This document shows positions 43,400 through 52,540 of a DNA stretch of 64,000 nucleotides, in pieces. Both the position numbers and the translations under genes were made by a program. The number at the start of each line of letters is the position of its first letter. Position 1 is the stretch's first letter. Below the pieces are notes generated by a model. That model had not been told where the DNA came from. It searched no databases and saw nothing but the letters and a program-made list of their open reading frames with translations. Source of the DNA: an uncultured Gammaproteobacteria bacterium (GTDB taxonomy: Bacteria > Patescibacteriota > Patescibacteriia > UBA9934); the NCBI GenBank assembly GCA_964599455.1, contig CAZREA010000001.1, positions 199,687 through 263,686 on the forward strand. The letters run 5' to 3'.

Positions 43400-43585
43400 G
43401 TGAACCTGGAACAAATCACCTACATCGTGATTCCCGTTGCGAGTCTTGTCGCAGCAGTGTGGATGATGGCCAAACAGCCATCTCCGCGCCGCGACAGTGC
43501 GACGGTGGGAGAGTGGCGCAGGCCACCCACCACGATCGTCTACGAGACGACATGCGACGAATGTGGCTCGGAAGCCGACAACTAG
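43400..43585 (+). CDS. GC-rich cassette gene C: 61-aa TM protein with C-terminal CxxC
   Basis: SD GGAGG; GTG start; own promoter; 3' repeat. Confidence 0.6.
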   Translation: MNLEQITYIVIPVASLVAAVWMMAKQPSPRRDSATVGEWRRPPTTIVYETTCDECGSEADN

Positions 43586-43642
43586 ACGACTCGCCACACG
43601 CGAATCATCTCGAACGCCACCCTTCGCAAGGGGTGGCGTTTA
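43583..43642 (+). repeat. Cassette 3' repeat, copy 3
   Basis: TAGACGAC…ATCATCTCGAACGCCACCC-TTCGCAAG-GGGTGGCGTTTA. Confidence 0.8.
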
Positions 43643-43683
43643 ACATTGGAAATGCGAATTCAAAAAGGAAGTGACTCCTTCAT

Positions 43684-45099
43684 TCAGCTCGCGCTCACTA
43701 AACGTCGCGCCACGTTGTCGATACCCCCCGCCCCCATAACTAAAACCACATCGTCAGCACGAACATGTTCACGAACAAGATGTTCGGCTTCATGAAGATT
43801 CGCCGCATACATTCCTTCTTTCGGCGCGTTTGATGAATTCATGATCGCATCCAGCAACATCTTACTATTTACCTCGTGTGCATCTTCCATGCGACCGGCA
43901 ACACCGTAAATTTCGGACAAAATCAACACGTCAGCTCCTTGAAAAGAAACAGCAAAATCATCGAACAATTCTTTCGTGCGATTGTGCTGATGCGGCTCAA
44001 AAACGGCAACAATACGACGCCCGGGAAAAAATTCTTTTGCTGCAGCGATGGTTCCGCGGATTGCCGTCGGATGATGGGCGTAGTCAGAAATAATCTCTAC
44101 ATCTCCTTTTTCATCCTTGTGCATGATCTGATACTTACCCACGCGTTCAAACCGTCGCCAAATACCCGAGAACTCGGCAAGTGTTTTTTGCATTACTTCC
44201 CACTCAACGCCATATTCTTCGGCAACAGCAATTGCACCAAGTGCATTCATCATGTTGAATTCGCCAGGAACTGCGAGCGTGAGTGTTCCGAGTGTTTTTG
44301 AAACAATAGGAATGCGACCGGTTTTTAATGCAAGCGATTGCTTCCCTGCGCTTGTGTGCCGCTTTGCACGCTTTACATATTCTCCGAATAAACGAACCTC
44401 TGCCCGCTCGTGACCACAGGCAACCAGCTGATCGGGATAGAGCGCATTTTGCAAAATCAATGTCGATGTTTGCTCGCACAATTGATGAAACGCCTTCTTG
44501 ATGTCATCAAGATCTTTATAAATTTCGAGGTGATCTTCTTCGATGTTGGTGATGAGTGTAGTTTCGGGATGCAGTTTGAGCATCTTGCGTTTATATTCAT
44601 CGCCTTCAACGATGAGAATATCGCTTTTGCCGATACGAATATTTCCCAATTCCCATCCTGGCACGATCGAACCCACAAACACCGTCGGATCAAGCCCTGC
44701 GGTTTCAAAAATCTTCCCCACTATTGCGGTTGTCGTCGATTTCCCATTTGTTCCGGTAATGCAAATGGTCCGATACGATTTCGATAGCTCGCCCAAAAAA
44801 TCAAAATGCCCGAGCTGCTTGATACCGCGACGTGTGGCTTCGACACGTTCGGGTGCAGTTTCCGAAACTGCTTCAGAATAAATTACCAAATCACAATCCT
44901 GCGCCAGCCAAGATGCATCCGACGGGCCGATATGCACTTCGATACCGCGAGCAACGAGATCATCGGTTACTCGTGATGAGACCAGATCTGATCCGCTAAC
45001 CGTTTTGCCTTGAGCTTGTAAAAATTTTGCAACCGCGGAGATACCAATACCGCCAACACCTAAACAGTGCACGATGTGAAAAGAAGAAAAAGCTTGCAC
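43684..45099 (-). CDS. murC: UDP-N-acetylmuramate--L-alanine ligase
   Basis: GVGGIGISA, GTNGKSTT, DYAHHPT, FEPHQ. Confidence 0.93.
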   Translation of the reverse strand: MQAFSSFHIVHCLGVGGIGISAVAKFLQAQGKTVSGSDLVSSRVTDDLVARGIEVHIGPSDASWLAQDCDLVIYSEAVSETAPERVEATRRGIKQLGHFDFLGELSKSYRTICITGTNGKSTTTAIVGKIFETAGLDPTVFVGSIVPGWELGNIRIGKSDILIVEGDEYKRKMLKLHPETTLITNIEEDHLEIYKDLDDIKKAFHQLCEQTSTLILQNALYPDQLVACGHERAEVRLFGEYVKRAKRHTSAGKQSLALKTGRIPIVSKTLGTLTLAVPGEFNMMNALGAIAVAEEYGVEWEVMQKTLAEFSGIWRRFERVGKYQIMHKDEKGDVEIISDYAHHPTAIRGTIAAAKEFFPGRRIVAVFEPHQHNRTKELFDDFAVSFQGADVLILSEIYGVAGRMEDAHEVNSKMLLDAIMNSSNAPKEGMYAANLHEAEHLVREHVRADDVVLVMGAGGIDNVARRLVSAS

Positions 45100-45106
45100 A
45101 CGAAAA

Positions 45107-45412
45107 CTATCGATCCTTATAATCAGTTAACTGACGCTTGAGCTCATCCTTCGCCAGATCAATGGCCGCGTATAAATCATCGGTCACTCGCTCGGCACGC
45201 AAATGCGCACCAGGAATGGTGAGATTAAACTTCGCTTCCCAGATATTGCCCTTTTGCTGGCCATTCGTGGTTTTACCTACTTCAACGACGGCATCACACG
45301 GAGAATAGTGTTCGCACATACGCGCTAAACTTCCTATCTTTTCCTCGACATACCGTTTAATGGCATCAGTGAGCTCGATGTTCACTCCTCGGATTTCGGT
45401 TATACGAAGCAT
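45107..45412 (-). CDS. raiA: Ribosome-associated inhibitor / hibernation factor
   Basis: ELTDAIKRYVEEK…DLYAAID. Confidence 0.9.
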   Translation of the reverse strand: MLRITEIRGVNIELTDAIKRYVEEKIGSLARMCEHYSPCDAVVEVGKTTNGQQKGNIWEAKFNLTIPGAHLRAERVTDDLYAAIDLAKDELKRQLTDYKDR

Positions 45413-45469
45413 ATACTTGCACTATAAGATGATAAAGAAAATTTTGAAAGGAAGATTTTCACAACGGTC

Positions 45470-46438
45470 TTACAAACCAAGAAACTGTACCTCTTCTTGC
45501 AATTGTACACCGTAGACATCTCGTGCTCGCGATTTAATGCGACTAATGAGTTCGGCGATATCTTTTGCCGTGGCATGACCTTTATTGAGAAGGAAATTCC
45601 CATGCACCTCCGAGACCTGCGCATCACCTACCTGCAAACCTTTTAAGCCGAGTTGTTCAATGATCCATCCGGCAGCAATGCGATGGTTAGCAAGCATGAG
45701 CGCAGGAATTTGTGCATCCGCCTCAATCTGTCGTATATCCGTTTCATCCGTAAACTCAAAATTCTTAAACATACACCCCGCCGAGGATGATCCAAGAGGT
45801 TGCGATGCTTTGCGTGAAGAAAGATATGAGTCCAGAAGCGCTTTTTCTTCAACCGCATCACCGTTTTCCAATTTCAATGTTGCCGATAAAATCACATCAC
45901 CCGTGTGAGCAGGATCTTTAAAGATGGAGTGACGGTACGAGAAATGCAGCTCGGTTGCAGGAATATCCATCACCTCCCCATCGCGAAGCACACGAACACT
46001 CACCACCGAATCCTTCATCTCTCCTCCAAAACATCCCGCATTGCCACGCACTGCGCCACCGATGGTTCCCGGCAATGATATCGCCCACGTAAATCCTTTC
46101 AATCCTGCTTCAGCCGTCTTTCGTGCAACGAGCGCGGAGATCACCCCCGCTTCAGCGATAACTTTCGTACCTTCAATTTTCAGTTCACGATTCGCCACTT
46201 TAATCACCAATCCGTTCCAACCTTCATCAGATGCAATCGTGTTTGATCCACCACCAAGAATGAAATACGGCACTTCGTACTGCTTTGCCAATTGCACCGC
46301 ATCGATGATGTCTTGCGCATTTTTCGCTTCAACAAAATAGCGAACTGGTCCGCCGATGCGGATGTTTACATGTTTGGCAAGAGATTCGTGTTCAGTGAAC
46401 TGCCCACCAAATCGTTCGTGCATATCGTGAATGAACAT
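45470..46438 (-). CDS. murB: UDP-N-acetylenolpyruvoylglucosamine reductase
   Basis: RIGG, LGGGSN, PGTIGGAVRGNAG, SAGCMFKN, HGNF. Confidence 0.93.
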   Translation of the reverse strand: MFIHDMHERFGGQFTEHESLAKHVNIRIGGPVRYFVEAKNAQDIIDAVQLAKQYEVPYFILGGGSNTIASDEGWNGLVIKVANRELKIEGTKVIAEAGVISALVARKTAEAGLKGFTWAISLPGTIGGAVRGNAGCFGGEMKDSVVSVRVLRDGEVMDIPATELHFSYRHSIFKDPAHTGDVILSATLKLENGDAVEEKALLDSYLSSRKASQPLGSSSAGCMFKNFEFTDETDIRQIEADAQIPALMLANHRIAAGWIIEQLGLKGLQVGDAQVSEVHGNFLLNKGHATAKDIAELISRIKSRARDVYGVQLQEEVQFLGL

Positions 46439-46440
46439 AT

Positions 46441-46833
46441 CTATCTTTTCTTCTTTGATCGCTTTTGCAAGCATTGAGCGATTTGTTCAACCGTCAGCGC
46501 TTCAACCACAACGCGTACGGCAAATTTTTCAATCTCTCCTCTTTTACAATGAAGAAGGTGTCCATTGATATCTAAAAATGTACCGGCAGCAGTAATGCCA
46601 GAACGTTTATTTCCATCAAGAAAGGGGTGATTCATGATGATACTCCGCGCATAAGCTGCAGCTTTGACAAAAGCAGTTTGATATAAATCTTGACCAAAAG
46701 CTTGTTGCTTTGGCAATTCTGCTGCAGACGCAAGCGCATGATGATCACGAATACCATCCAAACCACCCGTTTCTTGAATAATGAATCCATGGATCACGAC
46801 TAAGTCTTCTTTTGTAAGATAAACAAAAGACAT
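46441..46833 (-). CDS. Doc/Fic family toxin
   Basis: HPFLDGNKRSG. Confidence 0.9.
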   Translation of the reverse strand: MSFVYLTKEDLVVIHGFIIQETGGLDGIRDHHALASAAELPKQQAFGQDLYQTAFVKAAAYARSIIMNHPFLDGNKRSGITAAGTFLDINGHLLHCKRGEIEKFAVRVVVEALTVEQIAQCLQKRSKKKR

Positions 46834-46834
46834 G

Positions 46835-47089
46835 TTATTTATCCTTTAAGGCTTTCAGATCGGCTTTATACTTTTTAATAAAACGCAAAGCAGCTTCTCC
46901 GACCTGTTCTTTCTTTTCTTTTTTCTTCGTTCTTGCTCGAGAAATAAAAATGCCTCCTCGACCTCGAAGAGATACGTACTCCATTTCTAAGGCGGTGCCT
47001 TCTTCAATGACGCATTTTTTAAGAAATGGTTGCGGAAGGGTATTCCCCACAGATGCTCCAATGCGTATTGCTTTTCGATGAATGATCAT
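46835..47089 (-). CDS. AbrB/MazE-like antitoxin
   Basis: RKAIRIGASVGNTLP; C-terminal FIKKYKADLKAL; upstream of the doc gene. Confidence 0.75.
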   Translation of the reverse strand: MIIHRKAIRIGASVGNTLPQPFLKKCVIEEGTALEMEYVSLRGRGGIFISRARTKKKEKKEQVGEAALRFIKKYKADLKALKDK

Positions 47090-47097
47090 ATACTTGA

Positions 47098-47116
47098 ATT
47101 ATAACAGTATTATAAT
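47098..47116. promoter_or_regulatory. Palindromic operator over the TA -10 box
   Basis: ATTATAA-CAGTA-TTATAAT. Confidence 0.55.
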
Positions 47117-47169
47117 CTGGGGACAAGGGTTTGGGAAAAATATCGGCATGATCTACCATATCGTCATCT

Positions 47170-48474
47170 ATGTACAATCTCATCGCTCAAAAAGATCCGG
47201 CTATTGCGAATGCACTTTTAGCCGAGGTGCAGCGCCAACATGAAGGACTCGAAATGATTCCTTCGGAAAACTTTGTGTCGCCCGCAGTACTTGAGGCTCT
47301 TGGATCAGTCGCAACAAACAAATATTCGGAAGGATATCCCGGAAAAAGATACTACGGAGGGAATCAGCACATGGATGTTATTGAGCAACTAGCTATTGAT
47401 CGTGCTAAGCAACTTTTTGGTGCCGATCACGCCAACGTGCAGCCACATTCGGGTGCTCCCGCCAACATCGCCGTCTACCAAGCCTGGCTCGAGCCGGGTG
47501 ACACGGTACTTGGCATGAAACTCGATCATGGTGGTCATCTTACCCACGGACACCCCATCACAAGCAGCGCCAAAATATACAACTTCGTACGCTATGGCAT
47601 GAAAGATGTAGAAACGGGTGAAATTGATTTTGATGAAATGCGCGAGGTCGCCAAAAAGGAAAAACCGAAAATCATTCTTGCGGGATTTAGCGGTTATCCA
47701 CGCAACTTGGATTATGCAAAGTTTGCCGAAATTGCAAACGAGGTTGGTGCACTCCTCATGGCAGATGTTGCGCACATCGCAGGACTCATCGCAGGGAAAG
47801 TCCTTCCTAATCCGTTTGACTACGGATTTCATATCGTTACGACCACGACACACAAAACGCTCCGCGGTCCACGTGGAGGCATGATTTTAAGCAAAGGCGT
47901 TGTCAGCAATCCCTTAAAAGCTCCGGAAAAAACCGTCGAGAATATTCCCACGCTTATCGACCGACAAGTTTTCCCTGGTTTTCAAGGAGGACCACACATG
48001 CATTCGATTGCCGCAAAAGCGATCTGTTTTCACGAGGCATCCCAACCAAGCTTCAAAGTTTATGGTGAACGTGTTCTTGCAAATGCAAAGGCGCTTGCCG
48101 ACGCACTCATGAAACGCGGATATAAACTTATTACCAACGGCACCGACAATCACTTGTTGCAAATCGACATGGTCCAAAGTCGCAACATGGACGGTCGTGC
48201 AGCCCAAACGATTCTCGATTCCATCAGTCTTACTGCCAACTGCAATAGCATTGCTAACGACACACTTCCCCCCTATCGTCCCAGCGGTTTGCGCATGGGA
48301 ACACCGGCTATTACCACGCGCGGATTGATGCCTGCAGACATGGAACAAATTGCGCAATGGATGGACACTGCCCTTTTACAAAAAGATGACACGGCAACGA
48401 TTGAGCGCATTAAAAATGAAATTCATGAATTCATGAATGATCGTCCATTGTTTGCCAAGGAGTGGGAAAGCTAA
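47170..48474 (+). CDS. glyA: Serine hydroxymethyltransferase
   Basis: SENF, EGYPGKRYYGG, TTTTHKTLRGPRGG. Confidence 0.97.
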   Translation: MYNLIAQKDPAIANALLAEVQRQHEGLEMIPSENFVSPAVLEALGSVATNKYSEGYPGKRYYGGNQHMDVIEQLAIDRAKQLFGADHANVQPHSGAPANIAVYQAWLEPGDTVLGMKLDHGGHLTHGHPITSSAKIYNFVRYGMKDVETGEIDFDEMREVAKKEKPKIILAGFSGYPRNLDYAKFAEIANEVGALLMADVAHIAGLIAGKVLPNPFDYGFHIVTTTTHKTLRGPRGGMILSKGVVSNPLKAPEKTVENIPTLIDRQVFPGFQGGPHMHSIAAKAICFHEASQPSFKVYGERVLANAKALADALMKRGYKLITNGTDNHLLQIDMVQSRNMDGRAAQTILDSISLTANCNSIANDTLPPYRPSGLRMGTPAITTRGLMPADMEQIAQWMDTALLQKDDTATIERIKNEIHEFMNDRPLFAKEWES

Positions 48475-48622
48475 AAAAGAAGAATGCTACTGTTAAAGAG
48501 GCAGAAACTGGCCAAAAAGCCAGTTTTCTGTTATGATTTTTGGTCTAGTCTTAGACCCCCACTGTGATGGTGGGGCCCTTCTCGGGAAAACCGTTTTTTC
48601 AACAATTCTGAAGGAGATCGCC

Positions 48623-48958
48623 ATGCAATGCAAGACGCTCGTCATCTGGTGGCTCATAAACGGAAAAAAGCCAAAGCTCCTGGAGGAAGAGGACAAGATC
48701 ATCAAGAACCTCGAGCCGCTGGTGAAGAGGCTCTTCCCCGGCATCAACTACTTCTCCGTGACGGGCTTCGACGCGGTGATGCGTACCCTCGTCGTTCCCG
48801 CCCTCAAGAAGCAGTTCGTGGACCTCATCAACCTCCCGGAAGAGGAGATCGCCGCCGAGCAGATGAGCGAGGTCGCCGAAGTCCTTCCCTCGAAAGGGTA
48901 CGAGTGGCAGGACGACCCCGCCTGGCAGGTCAGGTTCCAGGAGTTGCTGGCCGCCTGA
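48623..48958 (+). CDS. GC-rich cassette gene between glyA and folD (ORFan)
   Basis: TG-T-TATGAT -10; two leader hairpins; SD AAGGAG; almost all AAG/GAG/ATC/TTC codons; hairpin 48981-49024. Confidence 0.78.
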   Translation: MQCKTLVIWWLINGKKPKLLEEEDKIIKNLEPLVKRLFPGINYFSVTGFDAVMRTLVVPALKKQFVDLINLPEEEIAAEQMSEVAEVLPSKGYEWQDDPAWQVRFQELLAA

Positions 48959-49105
48959 GAGTCCAGCTACTCAACAACTTGCCGCCCACCACGAGCCGCT
49001 CACTGGCTCACCTCGGTGGGCGGCTTCGTGTTTTAAAACGATTCTTCATCTAACTCACTGTCCCGACTGGCCTACTGGCCTTCTTTTTGCTATCCTCTCC
49101 CCATT

Positions 49106-49948
49106 ATGACGGAAATCCTCAATGGAACCGTGCTGGCAAAAGCCATCCGTGAAAAAGCCAAACAGCGACTCGAGAACGTCGAGCACCCGCCAGGACTCGC
49201 GGTTCTTTTAGCGGGAGACAACTCTGCTTCGCATTTGTACGTTCGCCTGAAAGAAGAGGCGGCGCGTGAAGTAGGCATTTACGTAGAAAAGCATGTTTTT
49301 GGCGAAGACGCGAAAACGCGCACGTTGCAAGAGAAAATTCGTGTTTTAAATAAACGCCCGGATATCAACGGAATCCTCGTGCAGCTTCCTCTGCCAGTGG
49401 GGATTGATACTGACAAAGTCATTAACACCATCGATCCCAAAAAAGATATCGATGGTTTTCATCCCGAAAATCGTAAAGCTTTACTTGCCAATACTCCGCT
49501 TTTAGTTCCACCCGTATCACTTGCGATCATGCGATTGATTCAAGCAACGCGACAACCACTCAAAAATAAAACGGCAGTCATCTTAGGTAATAGTGAAATC
49601 TTTGCCGAACCGCTGATGGAACTTTTGCGTGATGCCGGAGTCAGTAACGCATCATTTATTACACGAGATACACCTGGCTATAACGATATCTGTCGTGTTG
49701 CCGACATTGTTATCGTGGCCGTTGGACAGGCAGGATTTTTAACAAGAAGCATGATCAAAGATTCCGCTATTGTGATTGATGTCGGAACAAATAAAACTAC
49801 GGAAGGAAAAGTTATTGGCGATGCCTCGCCCGACCTCGAAGGTCACGCAGGATTTTTGAGCAAAGTTCCTGGTGGCGTCGGACCACTTACGGTTGCCTAT
49901 CTTTTAATGAATGCCATCAAGGCAAAAGAGGTGCAGGGACGGGAATGA
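49106..49948 (+). CDS. folD: Methylenetetrahydrofolate dehydrogenase/cyclohydrolase
   Basis: GILVQLPLP, KDIDGFH, VPGGVGPLT. Confidence 0.93.
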   Translation: MTEILNGTVLAKAIREKAKQRLENVEHPPGLAVLLAGDNSASHLYVRLKEEAAREVGIYVEKHVFGEDAKTRTLQEKIRVLNKRPDINGILVQLPLPVGIDTDKVINTIDPKKDIDGFHPENRKALLANTPLLVPPVSLAIMRLIQATRQPLKNKTAVILGNSEIFAEPLMELLRDAGVSNASFITRDTPGYNDICRVADIVIVAVGQAGFLTRSMIKDSAIVIDVGTNKTTEGKVIGDASPDLEGHAGFLSKVPGGVGPLTVAYLLMNAIKAKEVQGRE

Positions 49949-50085
49949 AATCCAAAAAAACAGCAAAGCTCGAAAAACAATTCTCTGAAAACGAGAGTTG
50001 TTTTATTATCAAACGTTTGTTAAGGTCTTTCGGCGTCACGAAAAAACAACCCATTCCAAAGTCGCAGGAGCGACATGAGGGAAAA

Positions 50086-50973
50086 ATGTCTGAACAAGGA
50101 AGAACGTTTCTCACCCCGGACACGCTCCCGCTACCGTGGGAGCTCGACGAGGGCGTGCTTGGTCTGCTGTCCGTCGACCCAAACGCTCCGCGAGGCTATG
50201 CGAAACTGTCGCGCGCGGAGCGCATGTTCCTCGAAGGCGCCCGACTGACGATCGGGCAGTACGAACGGGAAGATCTGCTACGAGACGGAAAGAGTGCCGG
50301 TGCACATCTGCGAGAACTGCCTCATCTCATTGATCGCAACTGGCTACGCAAGGAAAGGTACCTCGCCTTCCTGGCAACCCTCCGCCTGCTCGACGCCTAC
50401 GCGAAGTACTGTGCGTGGGCCAAGGGCTTCAAGGAGAACGGAGAAAATCCGGCCACTCTGCTCGATGGCGTCCTCCTCCCTTACAACGGAGGCATATCGG
50501 TGCTCTTCCAACGGGGAGTACTCCGGCTCGAAGTACATGGTTCGGGACTGCGACTCTACCGTAAAGGAACGGTGCGGTGGAAAAAAATAACCGTCTCACT
50601 TTCCGAGATGCCACTGCAAGAAGACGCAAGCTACGATGCGTTCCGCGAGGATCCGCTCAGCTGCATCGCACTTCACCATGGTAGACGTACATTCGGAAGC
50701 ATCAAGGCCAACGGAGAGACGAGGCACTGCGGTGGAATCCTGTACCATCGGGATCAGGAACTCGCAACGGCTCTGGAGATAGGAGATGGACGGAGTGTCG
50801 ACAGAGATGCTGCCACGTGGCTGCATCGTGTGTACGAGCTCCCGGAGCCGAAACTGATCGAGACTATCCTGAACCGAGTCATCGGAGTGGTGCAGCAAGA
50901 AGCATGCCAGGACTGGCCACGGATCTCGATCCGCATCACCGACGAGTTCAAAATTTTCACCGCGGGGCGGTGA
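50086..50973 (+). CDS. GC-rich cassette gene: ORFan
   Basis: SD GAGG before ATG 50086; GC shift; long hairpin 50985-51039 + T tract; promoter weak. Confidence 0.7.
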   Translation: MSEQGRTFLTPDTLPLPWELDEGVLGLLSVDPNAPRGYAKLSRAERMFLEGARLTIGQYEREDLLRDGKSAGAHLRELPHLIDRNWLRKERYLAFLATLRLLDAYAKYCAWAKGFKENGENPATLLDGVLLPYNGGISVLFQRGVLRLEVHGSGLRLYRKGTVRWKKITVSLSEMPLQEDASYDAFREDPLSCIALHHGRRTFGSIKANGETRHCGGILYHRDQELATALEIGDGRSVDRDAATWLHRVYELPEPKLIETILNRVIGVVQQEACQDWPRISIRITDEFKIFTAGR

Positions 50974-51213
50974 TCGGTACACGTACGCACTCATATGTTG
51001 AAAATCTGGCCACTGCCGGATTTGCAGCTGTGGGTGCGTCTTCGTTTTTAAGAAAGTCGATGAGAATGATTTATCGGAAAATATTGTGCATAAAAATTTT
51101 GACAAAATCTTTTTATTTTGATGAACTAGAAATACGCAAGTGGGTCAAACCTCTTGGTACCACAAAACTCCCCATCCAAAATATCTTTTTGGATTCGGGA
51201 GATTTTTGTTTTT

Positions 51214-51290
51214 GGGGCCGTCGGAATAATAGGTAATTCCACTTGCGTTGGTACCAAGAAATGCCAGTTCAAATCTGGTCGGCTCCACCA
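51214..51290 (+). tRNA. Atypical tRNA: Ala-type acceptor (G3:U70, A73) with degenerate anticodon arm (UGG)
   Basis: GGGGCCG/CGGCTCC-ACCA; D arm GGAA…TTCC with GG; T arm GCCAG-TTCAAAT-CTGGT; terminator 51289-51330. Confidence 0.75.
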
Positions 51291-51328
51291 CCTCCGCTTG
51301 GTTGCAAAACTGAGCGGAGGTGCTTCTT

Positions 51329-52462
51329 TTACAAAACCGACGACAGCGTTAAGCCAAACATCGCAACAAAGGTAAGAAAAACCAAAAATACCGCAAAGCG
51401 AGGAATGAGCAATGTATGTTTTGACAAATGATGAGCATGGCGAGCTTTCTCGTATGCAAGAACAACCAAGATTCCCATACATGATCCCAATACGCCACCA
51501 GTAAAACTTATAACCGGAATAAAATCATGCGCGCCAATGAAATACACAATCAAAGGGACACTCACCGTCAACAGCCATGCCAAACCATAGCGCAAACGAT
51601 AATCATACAAAAACGTATTCATGATGGCGGTTCCAATATTTAAGAATGCCGTAAAGACGGTACACAAACCGATCAATGAACCGATCAACGCTAACACGGG
51701 AGATAGACGTGCAAGGCTTTCTAAAGCTTGCGGCGCCGTCGTTGTGCCAAATACTCCCACGATCGCTAAAGTAAAACACGTGTAAATAAGTGCGACAAAA
51801 AGCGTACCAACAATAATCGCTCGAATAAGATACCGTCGATCTCTTCCTAACACATCACGCATCTCAGGCACGGCTGCCATGCCACTAAACGCAAACAAGA
51901 TTGCGCCCAAAGGAAGCATGTAATTCTCGGGCTGCACCGTAAGAATATTTTCTCCATTGACGTGCATCAATGTATATCCCACTACTCCACCAAGCAACAG
52001 AAAAAAGATGGGAATTAAAAAAGCTTGTAATCGATTGATAAATGAGAGTCCCCCCAGAATCATGCTGGCAGCAAAAAGCCAAAAAACAACTTGATACATG
52101 TACACTTCGCCACCAAGACCTCCTAAAAGCGTGTGCAGAAAACTTCCTCCCACGACAATATAGGCAACCAACGCACCCCACATGCCACCAAAAAAACTTA
52201 GTGACGCAAGGATCTTGCCAAAAGGTCCAAGAATATCACCAATGATGTTCGCAAAATGTGGATGACCTTTGTGTCCCAATGAAAGCTCTGCATACATGAT
52301 GAGCGCGAGCAGATTCATGCCAGCAACAATCACCATTTCTGCGAACGCCAAAGGATATCCCGCTTGCGCAAACACAAACGGCAACCCAAAAATACCCACC
52401 CCAACCACGGTGCCAAGAAGCGGTCGAATGCCGCGCCAAAGAGATTCTTGTGAATGCGTCAT
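51329..52462 (-). CDS. Aromatic amino acid permease family transporter
   Basis: GTVVGVGIFGLP; many TM helices. Confidence 0.85.
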   Translation of the reverse strand: MTHSQESLWRGIRPLLGTVVGVGIFGLPFVFAQAGYPLAFAEMVIVAGMNLLALIMYAELSLGHKGHPHFANIIGDILGPFGKILASLSFFGGMWGALVAYIVVGGSFLHTLLGGLGGEVYMYQVVFWLFAASMILGGLSFINRLQAFLIPIFFLLLGGVVGYTLMHVNGENILTVQPENYMLPLGAILFAFSGMAAVPEMRDVLGRDRRYLIRAIIVGTLFVALIYTCFTLAIVGVFGTTTAPQALESLARLSPVLALIGSLIGLCTVFTAFLNIGTAIMNTFLYDYRLRYGLAWLLTVSVPLIVYFIGAHDFIPVISFTGGVLGSCMGILVVLAYEKARHAHHLSKHTLLIPRFAVFLVFLTFVAMFGLTLSSVL

Positions 52463-52540
52463 GGGAAGTAGTATACCCTTTTCTATCCCCAGTTTTTCCC
52501 CTTCCCGATAGCCCCAGAACAAGGTAGCATCTGAGGCGAT

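Noticed and set aside
42613-43642. Classical integron attC array
   Set aside because: No RYYYAAC/GTTRRRY boxes at the right spacing, each gene has its own promoter, and no intI in the window
49945-50085. N-terminal extensions given by the ORF track (also 44-220, 48533-48622, 27313-27645)
   Set aside because: They cover promoter, leader or terminator sequence; downstream starts with SD or signal peptide fit better
51214-51290. tmRNA
   Set aside because: Ala-type ends fit, but there is a full D arm and no mRNA-like domain within 77 nt; no permuted second piece recognised
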